A stretch of DNA of 64,000 nucleotides from Candidatus Rhodoferax bjergmarkensis (lineage in GTDB: Bacteria; Pseudomonadota; Gammaproteobacteria; Burkholderiales; Burkholderiaceae_C): assembly GCA_016708345.1 (NCBI GenBank), contig JADJFX010000007.1, positions 96,339-160,338 on the forward strand, read 5' to 3'. Every line of letters starts with the position of its first letter. Positions within the stretch are counted from its first letter, which is position 1. Shown piece by piece: positions 49,767 to 63,034 of this stretch. The position numbers were made by a program, and so were the translations under genes. Below the pieces are notes generated by a model. That model had not been told where the DNA came from, made no database searches, and saw only the letters and a list, made by a program, of their open reading frames with translations.

Positions 49767-51921
49767 CAAACCCACCCACCCCACGCCAACTATTCGTCAC
49801 CACCGCCCTGCCCTACGCCAACGGAAACTTCCACGTCGGGCACATCATGGAATACATCCAGGCCGACATCTGGGTGCGCTACCAGCGCATGCAGGGCAAC
49901 GCGGTCGATTTTGTCTGCGCCGACGACACGCACGGCGCGCCGATCATGATTGCAGCCGAAAAAGCCGGCAAAACACCTCAGCAGTTTGTGGCCGACATAG
50001 CAGCCGGGCGCAAACCCTACCTGGACGGTTTTCACATCAGTTTTGACAACTGGCACAGTACCGACGGCCCGGAAAACCACGAACTGGCACGCCAGATTTA
50101 CCGTGATTTGCGCGACCGCAAGGACGGCTCGCTGATTGAGGTCAAGACCATCGAGCAGTTCTTCGACCCCGAGAAGAACATGTTTTTGCCGGACCGCTTC
50201 ATCAAGGGCGAGTGCCCCAAGTGCCACACCCTGGACCAGTATGGCGACAACTGCGAGGCCTGCGGCGCGGTTTACGCACCGACCGACCTGATCAACCCGT
50301 TTTCTGCCCTGTCGGGGGCCAAGCCGGAGCTCAAAAGCTCGGAACACTTTTTCTTCAAACTGTCCGACCCGCGCTGCGTCAGCTTTTTGGAAGCGTGGAC
50401 GCAGGACGGCAAGTTGCAGCCCGAGGTGGCCAACAAGATCAAGGAATGGTTCTCGGTGCGCACCAACCCGGACGGCTCCAAGAGCGAAGGCCTGGGCGAC
50501 TGGGACATCTCGCGCGACGCACCCTACTTTGGCATCGAGATTCCCGATGCGCCGGGCAAATATTTCTACGTGTGGCTGGACGCACCCATTGGCTACCTGG
50601 CCTCGCTGAAAAACCTGCTGGGCAAGCGGGGGCTTGATTACGAAGCCTACATGGCCAACCCCGCCTTGGAGCAATACCACTTCATCGGCAAGGACATCGT
50701 CACCTTTCACACCCTGTTCTGGCCCGCCACGCTGCATTTCAGTGGCCGCAAAACGCCGAACAACGTGTTTGTCCACGGCTTTTTGACGGTGAACAACGGC
50801 GAGAAGATGAGCAAAAGCCGTGGCACCGGGCTGGACCCGCTCAAGTACCTGAGTCTGGGAATGAACCCCGAATGGCTGCGCTACTACCTGGCCGCCAAAC
50901 TCTCCGCCCGCAATGAAGATGTTGACTTCAACGCCGATGATTTCATGGCACGCGTCAACAGCGATTTGATTGGCAAGTTTGTCAACATTGCCAGCCGCGC
51001 GGCGGGTTTTCTGACCAAGCGTTTTGACGGCCAGCTCACCACGCACTTTGGCTCCGTGGGTGCCGAGTTGCTGGCCGACATCCGCTCCGAAGCCGATGCC
51101 ATTGCCGACTTGTACGAAGCGCGTGAATTTGGCAAAGTCACCCGCGAGGTCATGCTGCTGGCCGACCGCGTGAACGCCTATGTGGACCAGAACAAGCCCT
51201 GGGACCTGGCCAAAGACGTGGCCAACAACGAGGCGCTGCACCAGGTCTGCTCGGTGCTGGTGAACGCTTTTGCGGTCATCACCCGCTACCTGGCCCCCGT
51301 GCTGCCCTCACTGGCCCAAGCGGTGCAAGGTTTTGTCGGCCAGCCCATGCAAGACTGGAACGTGGACACCGACGTGCTGGCCATCACCCCCTACCAGCAC
51401 CTGATGCAGCGTGTCAACCCCGAGCAGCTGGACGCACTTTTTGAAGTAAAAGAGGCTGTAGCGCAGGTAGAACCTGCGCAAGCAGCTCCTAAAAAGGTAG
51501 CAAAATCAGCCCCTGCAGCAGCCCCGGTTGACCCGCTGGCACCCGGCGGTGAGGCCTGGCCCCCACCATTGGCATCGACGACTTTGCCAAAATCGACCTG
51601 CGCATTGCCAAAATCGTGGCCTGCGCAGCGGTGGAAGGCTCCACCAAGCTCTTGCGCCTGACGCTGGACGTGGGCGAAAAAGACGCCAGCGGCCAGCCCA
51701 CCACCCGCAACGTGTTCAGCGGCATTGCCAGCGCCTACCAACCTGAGCAACTCGTGGGCCAGCTCACCGTGCTGGTGGCCAACCTGGCACCGCGCAAGAT
51801 GAAATTTGGCATGAGTGAGGGCATGGTGCTGGCCGCCAGCCATGCCGACGAAGCCGCCCAGCCCGGCATCCACATCCTCACGCCCTGGCCCGGTGCCGCG
51901 CCTGGCATGCGAATCCATTAA
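49763..51921 (+). CDS. metG: Methionyl-tRNA synthetase (apparent frameshift near 51555 before the C-terminal tRNA-binding domain)
   Basis: [17 protein letters not shown]-terminal [19 protein letters not shown]. Confidence 0.95.
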
Positions 51922-51946
51922 GTTTGGCACTGGCTGACCCCACAGC

Positions 51947-52708
51947 ATGATCCCCCTGATCCGCGGCTGGACTGGCCTGCAGCGCACCACCGAAAACAAC
52001 ACCCGGCTCGGGGTGACCCTGGCTTTTGTGGCTGGTGCGGCCAATGCAGGCGGTTTTTTGGCCGTGGGGCAGTACACCTCGCACATGACCGGGGTGGTTT
52101 CCTCCATTGCCGACTCCCTGGTGCTGGGCAATATCACCCTCGCGCTGGTCGGCGTGGCCATGCTGATGGCGTTTTTGGCGGGTGCCATGAGCACGGCCCT
52201 GCTGGTCAACTGGGGCATTCGCCGCGCGCTGCAAAGCGCCTACGGCCTGCCGCTGCTGCTCGAATCCGTGCTGTTGCTGATTTTTGGCGTTTTTGGCGGG
52301 GCCATGAACATCGCGGCCCACCTGTTTGCCCCGCTGACGGTGCTTTTGCTGTGTTTCATGATGGGCTTGCAAAACGCTGTCATCACCAAAATATCACGCG
52401 CCGAAATTCGCACCACCCACGTCACCGGCCTTCTGACCGACTTTGGCATTGAGCTGGGAAAACTTTTGTACATCAATCGCACGGTGCAGAAAACCCCGGT
52501 GCGGGCCAACCCCGACAAGCTCAAACTGCAAGGCAAGCTGATCACGGGTTTTCTGGGTGGTGCGCTGGTGGGAGCCACCGGCTTCAAACATGTGGGTTTT
52601 GTGACCACAGTGCCGCTGGCCATTGCCTTGCTGCTGTTGGTGCTGCGCCCGCTGTGGAACGATTTGCTCAGCCTGCGCACCCAGCCCCTGGGCGCGGGTT
52701 CAAAATAG
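51947..52708 (+). CDS. YoaK/DUF1275-family membrane protein
   Basis: AFVAGAANAGGF, TSHMTG, MGLQNA, IRTTHVTG. Confidence 0.85.
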   Translation: MIPLIRGWTGLQRTTENNTRLGVTLAFVAGAANAGGFLAVGQYTSHMTGVVSSIADSLVLGNITLALVGVAMLMAFLAGAMSTALLVNWGIRRALQSAYGLPLLLESVLLLIFGVFGGAMNIAAHLFAPLTVLLLCFMMGLQNAVITKISRAEIRTTHVTGLLTDFGIELGKLLYINRTVQKTPVRANPDKLKLQGKLITGFLGGALVGATGFKHVGFVTTVPLAIALLLLVLRPLWNDLLSLRTQPLGAGSK

Positions 52709-52712
52709 CACC

Positions 52713-54424
52713 ATGCTTGAGAATTCAGCCGCCCCCCCTGCGCCGCGAGGCTGGTCATTCTTTCGCCCGCGCCTGGTGGACGCGCTGGCGAGCTACCAGC
52801 GCCAGCAACTGGGCCGCGACATTGGTGCGGGCCTCACCGTGGGCATGGTGGCCCTGCCACTGGCCATGGCCTTTGCCATTGCCAGCGGGCTCAAGCCGGA
52901 GGCCGGGCTGTTCACCGCCATCATTGCCGGTTTTCTGATCTCCGCCCTGGGCGGCAGCCGGGTGCAGATTGGCGGGCCGGCCGGGGCCTTTATCGTCATC
53001 GTCTATGGCATTGTGGAGCGCTACGGGCTGGCCAACCTGATCATTGCCACCGCCATGTCGGGCGTGATGCTGTTTGCCATGGGGTTTTTCAAGCTGGGCA
53101 CACTGATCCGCTTTATTCCGATTGCGGTGGTGATTGGCTTCACCAACGGCATTGCGGTGCTCATCGGGCTGTCACAGGTCAAGGATTTCCTGGGCTTGAG
53201 CGTGAGCAACATGCCGGCCAACTTTTTTGGCATCTTGTCCGCCCTGGGCAATGCACTGCACACGGTAAATTGGCACGCTGCCGGGCTGGCGCTGGCCTGC
53301 CTGGGCCTGCTGGTGCTGTGGCAGTTTGCCCTGCCCAAACTGGCCGCAACCCGGCCCTGGGCGGCCCGCCTGGCCCTGGTGCCGGGCACGGTGCTGGTGC
53401 TGGTGTTGGCCACCTTGTGTGTCTCAGTGCTCAAGCTGCCGGTCGAAACCATTGGCAGCCGTTTTGGCGGCATCCCCTCCAGCCTGCCATCGCTGCAGTG
53501 GCCTGCTTTTTCGTGGGATTCGGTCCGGTTTCTTTTCATGCCCACCATCACGCTGGCGCTGCTCGGGGCCATTGAATCGCTGCTGTGCGCCCGTGTGGCC
53601 GACGGCATGATTGATGACCGCCACAACCCGAACCAGGAGCTGATGGCGCAGGGCATTGCCAACTTTGTAACCCCCTTTTTTGGCGGCATGCCCGCCACCG
53701 GCACTATTGCACGCACGGTCACCAACGTCAAAAGCGGTGCCACCAGCCCGGTAGCGGGCATCGTGCATGCCATCACCTTGCTGCTGGTGATGCTGATGGC
53801 CGCGCCGCTGGCGCAAACATTCCCTTGGCCGCCATGGCAGCCATTTTGATGTTTGTCGCCTGGAACATGGGCGAGTGGCACGAGTTTGTGCATCTGCGCC
53901 AGTTCCGCCTGCCCTACCGGGCCACGCTGCTGGCTGTTTTCTTCCTGACCGTGGTGTTCGACCTGACCGTGGCCGTGGAAGTGGGGCTGGTGGCCGCCTT
54001 CATCACCTTCATCTACCGCATATCGAGCCTGTCGCGCTGCGAAGCCATGAGCGCTGACGACTACCCCGCGATGGAACCCTTGGTTGCGCTGGGCAAGCAG
54101 GTGGCGTGCTACCGGCTGTATGGCGCGCTGTTTTTCGGTGCCGTCAAACTGATTGAAGACCTGCAAGACCATTTGCCCAGCCAGGTGCTGTTGATTGACC
54201 TGCGCAACGTCATCTACATCGACTCGTCCGGTGCCGATACCTTGAACGATCTGGCCCGTGCCTGTACCAAACATGGCGTGCGTTTGCTGGTGTGCGGCCT
54301 GAGCCACCAGCCGCTGGACATTGCCCAGCGCAGCGGCTTTGTCCAGCGGGTGGGCAGCGAGCACATCTACCCCGGCTGGGCTGCGGGTCTGGCCAGCGCG
54401 CTGGCGCTGACGCAAGCCCGGTAA
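52713..54424 (+). CDS. SulP-family anion permease with STAS domain (frameshift near 53820)
   Basis: AGLTVGMVALPLAMAFA, GGSRVQIGGPAGAF, YIDSSG. Confidence 0.9.
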
Positions 54425-54447
54425 AATCACCCAAAGAGGTTACCCAT

Positions 54448-54654
54448 ATGAATATTTTTTATCGCCCCAAGTACCAGTCTGAAGCCACCCAATTTCTGGA
54501 GTCGCTCAAAGCCAAAGACCCGCAACTCGATGCCAAACGGCTGCAGGGCCGCTCGCTGCTGTGGGACAAAGCCATGGACCCCAAAATCTGGAGCGACTAC
54601 CGGGCAGGCCAGGTCAGCCAAAAGCCCTACGTTTACCAGACCAACCCCAAGTAA
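54448..54654 (+). CDS. DUF3460-family protein
   Basis: YQSEATQFLESLK...GRSLLWDK...VSQKPYVYQT; usual position before scpA. Confidence 0.8.
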   Translation: MNIFYRPKYQSEATQFLESLKAKDPQLDAKRLQGRSLLWDKAMDPKIWSDYRAGQVSQKPYVYQTNPK

Positions 54655-54728
54655 GCATTTTTAATAGCTATTTATGCCATTACCGCCCTTCAACAGGGCG
54701 CAGGCAGCTATTATTTTTGTAGTAAACA

Positions 54729-55586
54729 ATGACTCACGCAGCTGACCACGGTGCGCAGGCGCACGCTGGCGAGGCGGCCCTGTCTGCCATGCCAGACGTG
54801 GTGGACAACGTGGCCGTGGCCCGGCTTTATGGCGAACCTTTGTTTGCCATGCCGCGCGATTTGTACATTCCGCCCGATGCGCTGGAGGTCTTTTTAGAGG
54901 CGTTTGAAGGGCCGCTGGACTTGCTGCTGTACCTCATCCGCAAGCAAAACTTCAACATTCTCGACATTCCCATGGCCGGGGTGACCCGCCAGTACTTGGC
55001 CTATGTGGAAGAAATCCGCAGCCGCAACCTCGAACTGGCTGCCGAATACCTCTTGATGGCGGCGATGCTGATCGAGATCAAGTCGCGCATGCTGCTGCCC
55101 CCCAAAAAGTCTGCCGAAGGCAAGGAGGCCGAAGACCCGCGCGCCGAACTGGTGCGCCGCCTGCTGGAATACGAGCAAATGAAGCTGGCGGCGGCCCGGC
55201 TCAATGAACTGCCGCAGTTTGGCCGCGACTTTCTCAAAGCGCAGGTATTTATTGAACAGTCATTGCAGCCACGCTTTCCCGATGTCAGCGTGGTTGATCT
55301 GCAAGAAGCCTGGCGCGACATTTTGAAACGCGCCAAACTGGTGCAGCACCACAAAATCACGCGCGAAGAATTGTCGGTGCGTGAGCACATGAGCATGATG
55401 CTCAAAACGCTGCAAGGCCAGCGTTTTGTTGAGTTTGAAGATTTGTTTGACACCAGCAAAGGCACGCCGGTGCTGGTGGTGACCTTTATCGCCATGCTCG
55501 AACTGGCAAAAGAAACCCTGATCGAGATTACCCAGGCCGAAGCCTTCGCCCCGATTTACGTCCGGCTGGCGTATTCACTTGCTTGA
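54729..55586 (+). CDS. scpA: Segregation and condensation protein A
   Basis: FEGPLDLLLYLIRK, AEYLLMAAMLIEIKSRMLLP. Confidence 0.93.
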   Translation: MTHAADHGAQAHAGEAALSAMPDVVDNVAVARLYGEPLFAMPRDLYIPPDALEVFLEAFEGPLDLLLYLIRKQNFNILDIPMAGVTRQYLAYVEEIRSRNLELAAEYLLMAAMLIEIKSRMLLPPKKSAEGKEAEDPRAELVRRLLEYEQMKLAAARLNELPQFGRDFLKAQVFIEQSLQPRFPDVSVVDLQEAWRDILKRAKLVQHHKITREELSVREHMSMMLKTLQGQRFVEFEDLFDTSKGTPVLVVTFIAMLELAKETLIEITQAEAFAPIYVRLAYSLA

Positions 55587-57193
55587 GCCCCCACGTTGTG
55601 ACCACTACCCCTCACCATTTTGATGTCCTGATTGTGGGCAGCGGCCTGGCCGGCCTGAGCGCCGCGCTGCACCTGGCAGACACGCACCGCGTGGCCATTT
55701 TGACCAAACGCGCCCTGATGGACGGTGCCAGCAGCTGGGCGCAAGGCGGCATTGCCGCCGTGCTGGGCGAGGGCGACACCTTTGCCTCCCACGTGGACGA
55801 CACCCAGGTGGCCGGTGCCGGCCTGTGCGACCTGCCTGCCACCCGGCTGGTGGTGGAGCAGGCACCCCGCGCCATTGCGTGGCTGCAAAAAATGGGGGTT
55901 CCGTTCTCACAGGAAGACGGGCATCTGCACCTGACCCGCGAAGGCGGCCACAGCGCAAGGCGCATTGCCCATGTGACCGATGCCACCGGCGCAGCCGTGC
56001 AGCAAACGCTGATCGGGCACGTGCTGCGCCACCCAAATATCAGTGTTTTCGAGCAGCACACCCTGGTGGACCTGATCACCGGGGCCAAACTGGCCCAGGC
56101 GCACAACAACTGCCTGGGGTTGTACGCACTGGACGGCACAACCGACGAGGTCGTTACCTTCCAGGCACCCCACACCATCTTGGCTACTGGCGGCGCAGGC
56201 AAGGTTTACCTGTACACCACCAACCCCGACACCGCCACTGGTGACGGCATCGCAGCAGCGTGGCGCGCCGGCTGCCGGGTGCAGAACATGGAGTTCATCC
56301 AGTTCCACCCCACCTGCCTGTACCACCCGCACGCCAAGTCGTTTTTGATCAGCGAAGCGGTGCGCGGCGAAGGCGGACGCCTGCTGCTGCCCGACGGCAC
56401 CCGCTTCATGCCCAAACACGACGAGCGCGCCGAGCTGGCCCCGCGCGATGTGGTGGCCCGGGCGATTGACTTCGAAATGAAAAAAGGCGGGCTGGACTGC
56501 GTGTACCTGGACATTTCGCACCAGCCGCTCTCCTTTTTGCAGGAACACTTTCCCAACATTTATGCGCGCTGCCTGGAGCTGGGCATCGACATTTCCAAAC
56601 AAGCCATTCCGGTGGTGCCCGCCGCACACTACACCTGTGGCGGTGTGCTGACCGATCTGGCCGGCCGCACCGATGTGCCCGGCCTGTATGCCATCGGCGA
56701 AACCGCTGGCACCGGCCTGCACGGTGCCAACCGGCTGGCCAGCAACTCGCTGCTCGAATGCATGGTGTTTGCCGAGGCCACGGCCCAGGACATTGCGGCG
56801 GCCAGTGTGGCAACACCCACCGCCCTGCCTGCCTGGGATGACAGCCGCGTGACCGATGCCGACGAAGCCGTGGTGATCTCGCACAACTGGGACGAGCTGC
56901 GACGCTTCATGTGGGACTACGTGGGCATTGTGCGCACCAACAAGCGGCTGGAGCGCGCCGCCCACCGCATTGCCCTGCTGCAGGACGAAATCCAGGAGTT
57001 TTACGCCCACTTCCACGTGACGCGTGACCTGCTGGAACTGCGTAACCTGGTGCTGGTGGCGGACCTGATCGTGCGCTCGGCACAGGCCCGCCATGAAAGC
57101 CGTGGCCTGCATTTCAGCCGCGACTACCCGAACCTGCTGCCACAAGCTGTGAGCACGGTGCTCGCGCCTGCAGAAACCCACGCGGGGGTCTGA
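55583..57193 (+). CDS. nadB: L-aspartate oxidase
   Basis: VGSGLAGL, WAQGGIAA, EGGHSARRI, QFHPT, GLHGANRLASNSLLE. Confidence 0.95.
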   Translation: MSPHVVTTTPHHFDVLIVGSGLAGLSAALHLADTHRVAILTKRALMDGASSWAQGGIAAVLGEGDTFASHVDDTQVAGAGLCDLPATRLVVEQAPRAIAWLQKMGVPFSQEDGHLHLTREGGHSARRIAHVTDATGAAVQQTLIGHVLRHPNISVFEQHTLVDLITGAKLAQAHNNCLGLYALDGTTDEVVTFQAPHTILATGGAGKVYLYTTNPDTATGDGIAAAWRAGCRVQNMEFIQFHPTCLYHPHAKSFLISEAVRGEGGRLLLPDGTRFMPKHDERAELAPRDVVARAIDFEMKKGGLDCVYLDISHQPLSFLQEHFPNIYARCLELGIDISKQAIPVVPAAHYTCGGVLTDLAGRTDVPGLYAIGETAGTGLHGANRLASNSLLECMVFAEATAQDIAAASVATPTALPAWDDSRVTDADEAVVISHNWDELRRFMWDYVGIVRTNKRLERAAHRIALLQDEIQEFYAHFHVTRDLLELRNLVLVADLIVRSAQARHESRGLHFSRDYPNLLPQAVSTVLAPAETHAGV

Positions 57194-57831
57194 TGACCTA
57201 CAGCGTCAAGGAGATTTTTTACACCCTGCAGGGCGAAGGCGCACAAGCGGGCATGCCCGCCGTGTTTTGCCGCTTTGCCGGTTGCAACCTGTGGACCGGG
57301 CGCGAGAGTGAGCGCGCCAGCGCTATCTGCCAGTTTTGCGACACCGACTTTGTCGGCACCGACGGCACGCACGGCGGCAAATACTCCACCGCGCAGGAAC
57401 TGGCCGAGCGAATCGAAGCCCTTTGGCCTGCCGCTCACCGCGCCAACCGCTTGACCGTGCTCACAGGGGGTGAGCCATTGCTGCAGCTTGACACGGCCTT
57501 GATCGACGCGCTGCACGAACGCGGCTTTCGGGTGGCGGTGGAGACCAATGGCACCTTGGGGGCACCCGCTGGCATCGACTGGCTGTGCGTCAGCCCCAAA
57601 GCCGGTGCGCCTTGGGTGCAGCAAAGCGGTCAGGAACTCAAGCTGGTGTGGCCGCAAAGCGGCTTTGACCTGCCAACCATGGCCAGCACCGGCCAGTTTC
57701 AGCACAGTTTTCTGCAAGCCATGGACGGCCCCGACCAAAGCGCAAATTTGGCCACCTGCATCGACGCCTGCCTGCAGCACCCGGTGTGGCGGCTGAGCCT
57801 GCAAACCCACAAAATCAGCGGCATCCGCTAA
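57193..57831 (+). CDS. queE: 7-carboxy-7-deazaguanine synthase (radical SAM)
   Basis: [39 protein letters not shown]. Confidence 0.92.
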   Translation: MTYSVKEIFYTLQGEGAQAGMPAVFCRFAGCNLWTGRESERASAICQFCDTDFVGTDGTHGGKYSTAQELAERIEALWPAAHRANRLTVLTGGEPLLQLDTALIDALHERGFRVAVETNGTLGAPAGIDWLCVSPKAGAPWVQQSGQELKLVWPQSGFDLPTMASTGQFQHSFLQAMDGPDQSANLATCIDACLQHPVWRLSLQTHKISGIR

Positions 57832-57893
57832 CTTGTCAAGTTGAGTGCACAATCGCGGCCATTGTCCGCCCAAGTTTCCACCCAAAGGTCCCT

Positions 57894-59637
<1,744 letters not shown>

Positions 59638-59716
59638 GCCCTTTGAAGTTTGCACCCTTTGAAGCTTGAGTCGCTGTCAGCGGGCCCAGCGCGCAAAACC
59701 AGCCTGTGAGCTTGCC

Positions 59717-60379
59717 TTGGATCTGTTTGACAACTTGCCTCAACCGCCAGACGCTACGCCGACGCAGATCGCGCCGGGTGCCTTCCTGCTGCGCGGCTTT
59801 GCCCTGGAAAAGGCTCCCAGCCTGCTGCAGGCCATCGAAGCCATCCTCCAGCAAGCGCCCCTGCGCCACATGCTGACCCCCGGCGGCCACACGATGTCCG
59901 TGGGCATGAGCAATTGCGGCGCGTTGGGCTGGGTGTCCGACACCAGCGGTTACCGCTACAGCGCGCGCGACCCGCTGTCTCAACTGCCCTGGCCCTGCAT
60001 GCCAGCTTGCCTGCTGGAACTGGCGCAGCAGGCCGCCACACAGGCCGGTTACCCGCAATTCCAGCCCCAGGCATGCCTGATCAACCAGTACACACCCGGC
60101 GCCAAACTCTCGCTGCACCAGGACAAGGACGAAAAAGACCTCGCCTCCCCCATCGTGTCACTGTCGCTGGGCCTGCCTGCGGTGTTTTTGTTCGGCACCC
60201 CCCGGCGCAACGACCGGCCCCAGCGCTACCGTTTGGCGCATGGTGACGTGGTGGTGTGGGGCGGCCCATCGCGTCTGGCCTACCATGGCGTAGCCCCGCT
60301 GGGTGACGACGAGCATGCGCTGCTGGGGCGCAGACGAATCAATTTGACGTTTCGGCGGGTGTATGAAAATTACCCATAA
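59717..60379 (+). CDS. alkB: AlkB DNA oxidative demethylase
   Basis: MSVGMSNCG, ACLINQY, LHQDKDE, YHGV, RINLTFR; start codon uncertain. Confidence 0.92.
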   Translation: MDLFDNLPQPPDATPTQIAPGAFLLRGFALEKAPSLLQAIEAILQQAPLRHMLTPGGHTMSVGMSNCGALGWVSDTSGYRYSARDPLSQLPWPCMPACLLELAQQAATQAGYPQFQPQACLINQYTPGAKLSLHQDKDEKDLASPIVSLSLGLPAVFLFGTPRRNDRPQRYRLAHGDVVVWGGPSRLAYHGVAPLGDDEHALLGRRRINLTFRRVYENYP

Positions 60380-60432
60380 AAAAGACCTCTTGCGCCCGTG
60401 GATATTGCGCAAGCAGCTATCAATTATAGAGC
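60380..60432. repeat. REP-like repeat (reverse orientation), duplicated at 61944-61997
   Basis: CTCTTGCGC-CCGTGGATATT-GCGCAAG-CAGCTATCAATT. Confidence 0.7.
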
Positions 60433-60626
60433 AAACAAACTCCAATTCGTGACCTCAAGGTGCTGATGACCCCAGCGCCGACCCACCCGCAAATTCAGAA
60501 CCATGGTCCAGCTTTGGTCTTCTTGCAGGGTTTGTCGATTCTGTTATCGCTGCACAAAGCTGGACAGTTCCAAGTGATCAGCAAATCAGAGTTTCTTTTA
60601 GTACCTGAAACTGGTACTATTGAAAA

Positions 60627-60881
60627 ATGAAACGACGGCATCAACGGATTGTTGAATTGATTTTTTCGCGGCCGACGAGCGGCAATGTCCAGTGGCGCGA
60701 TGTTGAGTGCCTCTTCATTGAACTGGGTGCAGAAATTGAAGAACGGGCAGGTAGCCGGGTTTCTGTCTTTTTGTTTGGCGAGGTGCGGGTCTTTCACCGT
60801 CCACATCCATCACCCAACACAGACAAAGGCGCGGTGGCATCTATCCGCAAATGGCTGGAACAACACGGAGTCGAACCATGA
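60627..60881 (+). CDS. hicA: HicA-family toxin
   Basis: WRDVECLFIELGAEIEERAGSRV...FHRPHPSPNTDKGAV. Confidence 0.9.
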   Translation: MKRRHQRIVELIFSRPTSGNVQWRDVECLFIELGAEIEERAGSRVSVFLFGEVRVFHRPHPSPNTDKGAVASIRKWLEQHGVEP

Positions 60882-61207
60882 ACGTAATGACTGTTGACGA
60901 CTATCACGCAACGATTGAATTTGACCCTGATCTTGACATGTTCAGGGGGGAAATTCTCGGCCTCAACGGTGGCGCAGATTTTTACGGAAAGAACCCGCAG
61001 GAACTTCGTGCGGAGTTCAAGCGCTCGCTTGAGGTTTTTCTTGAAGTGTGCGCAGAGAAGGGCATTGAGCCAAAACGTCATTTTTCGGGAAAATTCAATC
61101 TGCGGATTTCCCCGCAGTTGCACGAAAAACTCGCTATTGCTGCGCAAGCAAGGGGCAAAAGCATCAATGCCCTGGCGCAAGAGACTTTGCAGGAAAACTT
61201 TGCGTGA
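60878..61207 (+). CDS. hicB: HicB-family antitoxin
   Basis: YHATIEFDPD..FRGEILGLNGGADFYG; RHH FSGKFNLRISPQLH. Confidence 0.9.
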   Translation: MNVMTVDDYHATIEFDPDLDMFRGEILGLNGGADFYGKNPQELRAEFKRSLEVFLEVCAEKGIEPKRHFSGKFNLRISPQLHEKLAIAAQARGKSINALAQETLQENFA

Positions 61208-61303
61208 ATTGGACACAAGTTAACTGGTCAACCCATCGGACGGCTACGCCGACCGCAGAATTTTGACGTTAAAGCCTTCGCAGATTAGTGCTAGGATTTG
61301 CCC

Positions 61304-61528
61304 ATGAATACTGCAACCATAACCAGCGAAGCGCTGTCCCTCCCAGTGCAACAACGGGCGGAATTGGCCGCGCAGTTGTTGTCCAGCCTTGACGCGCTGT
61401 CCGAATCCGAAATTGAACCGCTTTGGTTTCAAGAGGCGGCGCACCGGGCTGCGGAAATGGATCAAGGGTTGTCCAAACGCATTCCTGCTGAGGAAGTGCG
61501 ACGGCAAGCAAATGCCTTGCTCAAGTGA
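61304..61528 (+). CDS. Addiction-module antitoxin (Unstab_antitox-like)
   Basis: EALSLPVQQRAELAAQLLSSL...WFQEAAHRAAEM. Confidence 0.85.
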   Translation: MNTATITSEALSLPVQQRAELAAQLLSSLDALSESEIEPLWFQEAAHRAAEMDQGLSKRIPAEEVRRQANALLK

Positions 61529-61728
61529 GTTACTTTTTTAACGAAGCCGCGCGCGTTGAGCACCTGGAGCATGTGGCCTACTACGAGTCCTGCCAAATTG
61601 GGCTTGGCGCACGATACCTGTTGGCTTTCGATGCGGCAATGGGGGCCGTCTGCGAAGCGCCAGATCGTTTTCGCGTCGAGTCCCGAATTGCATCCGAAAG
61701 ACCAGTATCGCCTATGAACGCATGGTGA
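61525..61728 (+). pseudogene. RelE/ParE-family toxin, truncated or degenerate
   Basis: FFNEAARVEHLEHVAYYE..QIGLGARYL; overlaps the antitoxin stop; C-terminal half not recognisable. Confidence 0.65.
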
Positions 61729-61827
61729 CCACTTCCCCTGGCCGTCATTCCTCCCCCGGCGCGGCTAGCGCGCAGCTCACCCGCGTCTTGGCTACCAGTT
61801 GCGCTCAAGCGCCGACCAAGCATCAGC

Positions 61828-62055
61828 ATGGGTTTGCCTGCGGTTTTTTTGTTCGGCACCCCGCTGTGTGACGACGAGCATGCGCTGCTGGGGCGCAGAC
61901 GAATCAATTTGACGTTTCGGCGGGTGCATGAAGGTTACCCATAAAAACAGCCTCTTGCGCCCGTAAATATTGCGCGAGCAGCTATCAAATAAATAGCAAA
62001 TAGGCTCCAATTCGTGACCTCAAGGGGTTGATGACCCCAGCACCAACCAACCCGC
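61828..62055 (+). repeat. Diverged direct repeat of the alkB 3' end plus REP (copy of 60166-60490 with about 100 bp deleted)
   Basis: GGG..TGCCTGCGGT.TTTTTGTTCGGCACCCC and TGACGACGAGCATGCGCTGCTGGGGCGCAGACGAATCAATTTGACGTTTCGGCGGGTG shared. Confidence 0.9.
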
Positions 62056-62363
62056 TGATTGAAGAAAACAAAGTCCGTCGGGCAATTTGACTCACCGCAA
62101 CCGGCTTTGAAGCAAGCGCTGGCACCAACTGTGGCCAACGCACGGTTATGGGCAGGCAGTTTCACGACTCTGGAGGTTAGTCAGCCGACGTTCTTGGCAG
62201 TCGGCAAAAGACACTCAGCTGACATTGACGAGTCGGGTTTGCGAGTTCGTATTCGACCTTGCAGTCGTCGACATCTGGAACTGCGGTCGTTCCATCCAAC
62301 CAGGCCCTCACCAACGGATGGGGAGCAACCGATGCTGTGCGGTTGGACGAAAATCAGCGGCTG

Positions 62364-63034
62364 TCACGGGCTTCGCCGTAGCCGCGTGCTGAATCTCCCA
62401 CTGGTAGTCCGGAATTTTCTTGTACTCAGTATCGAATTCCAAGCCAGCTTTGCCGTCCGAGGGCTGGCTGTCAAGCCGAACAAGTGAGCTTTGGCGTCAC
62501 GGAAGGTGGCGTTGACAGCGCCGTTGTCGAAATTGACGTTCCAGGCGTTGACGCTTTTGCCCGCTTGCGGCGTGGATGACCAGAAGATGCCGGGGTGACC
62601 GTCTTTCTCCGTTGCAGGGTGCGCGATGGCCCTGCTGGCGGCGTATTTGCCGCCCTCGAATTCATTGTTCTTGCAGTCCTTGTGTCGCCCAACCACCGCC
62701 TCGAACTCCGCCTTGGTGGGAATGCGCCAGCCACTTTTCGTCTGGAAGTGGCTTTGCCTTGCGACGCGCATGGCCTCGAACCAATTCATTTCTGTGATGG
62801 TCTCCCTGCCTTCCATGCCTTCCCTGCATGACTTTCCGTTCCAGAAGTAGCCTACCACGCAGCGCTTCCAGATCAGGCCATGCGCGGGTCGGTCACGGTG
62901 CCGTCGCCGTTGTCTTTGAAGCCATCAAAAACTTACGTTGCATGGGCCTGGCAGCACAGCGCGGTCATCAGCACGCCGAGCACCAGCCGAAAGTTGATGG
63001 CCGTTAGCAGGCCCGCATTCGTGCGACGGTTCAT
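62364..63034 (-). pseudogene. DUF1566 (Lcl-type) domain exported protein, interrupted
   Basis: FKDNGDGTVTDP..LIWKRC, GWRIPTKAE, FWSSTP, AWNVNFDNG; in-frame TAA plus frameshifts. Confidence 0.7.

Noticed and set aside
49790..51241. Long antisense ORFs (also 46391-47977, 35729-36841, 55907-57181, 31420-32499)
   Set aside because: These are shadow frames opposite well-supported genes in GC-rich DNA and have no recognisable motifs.
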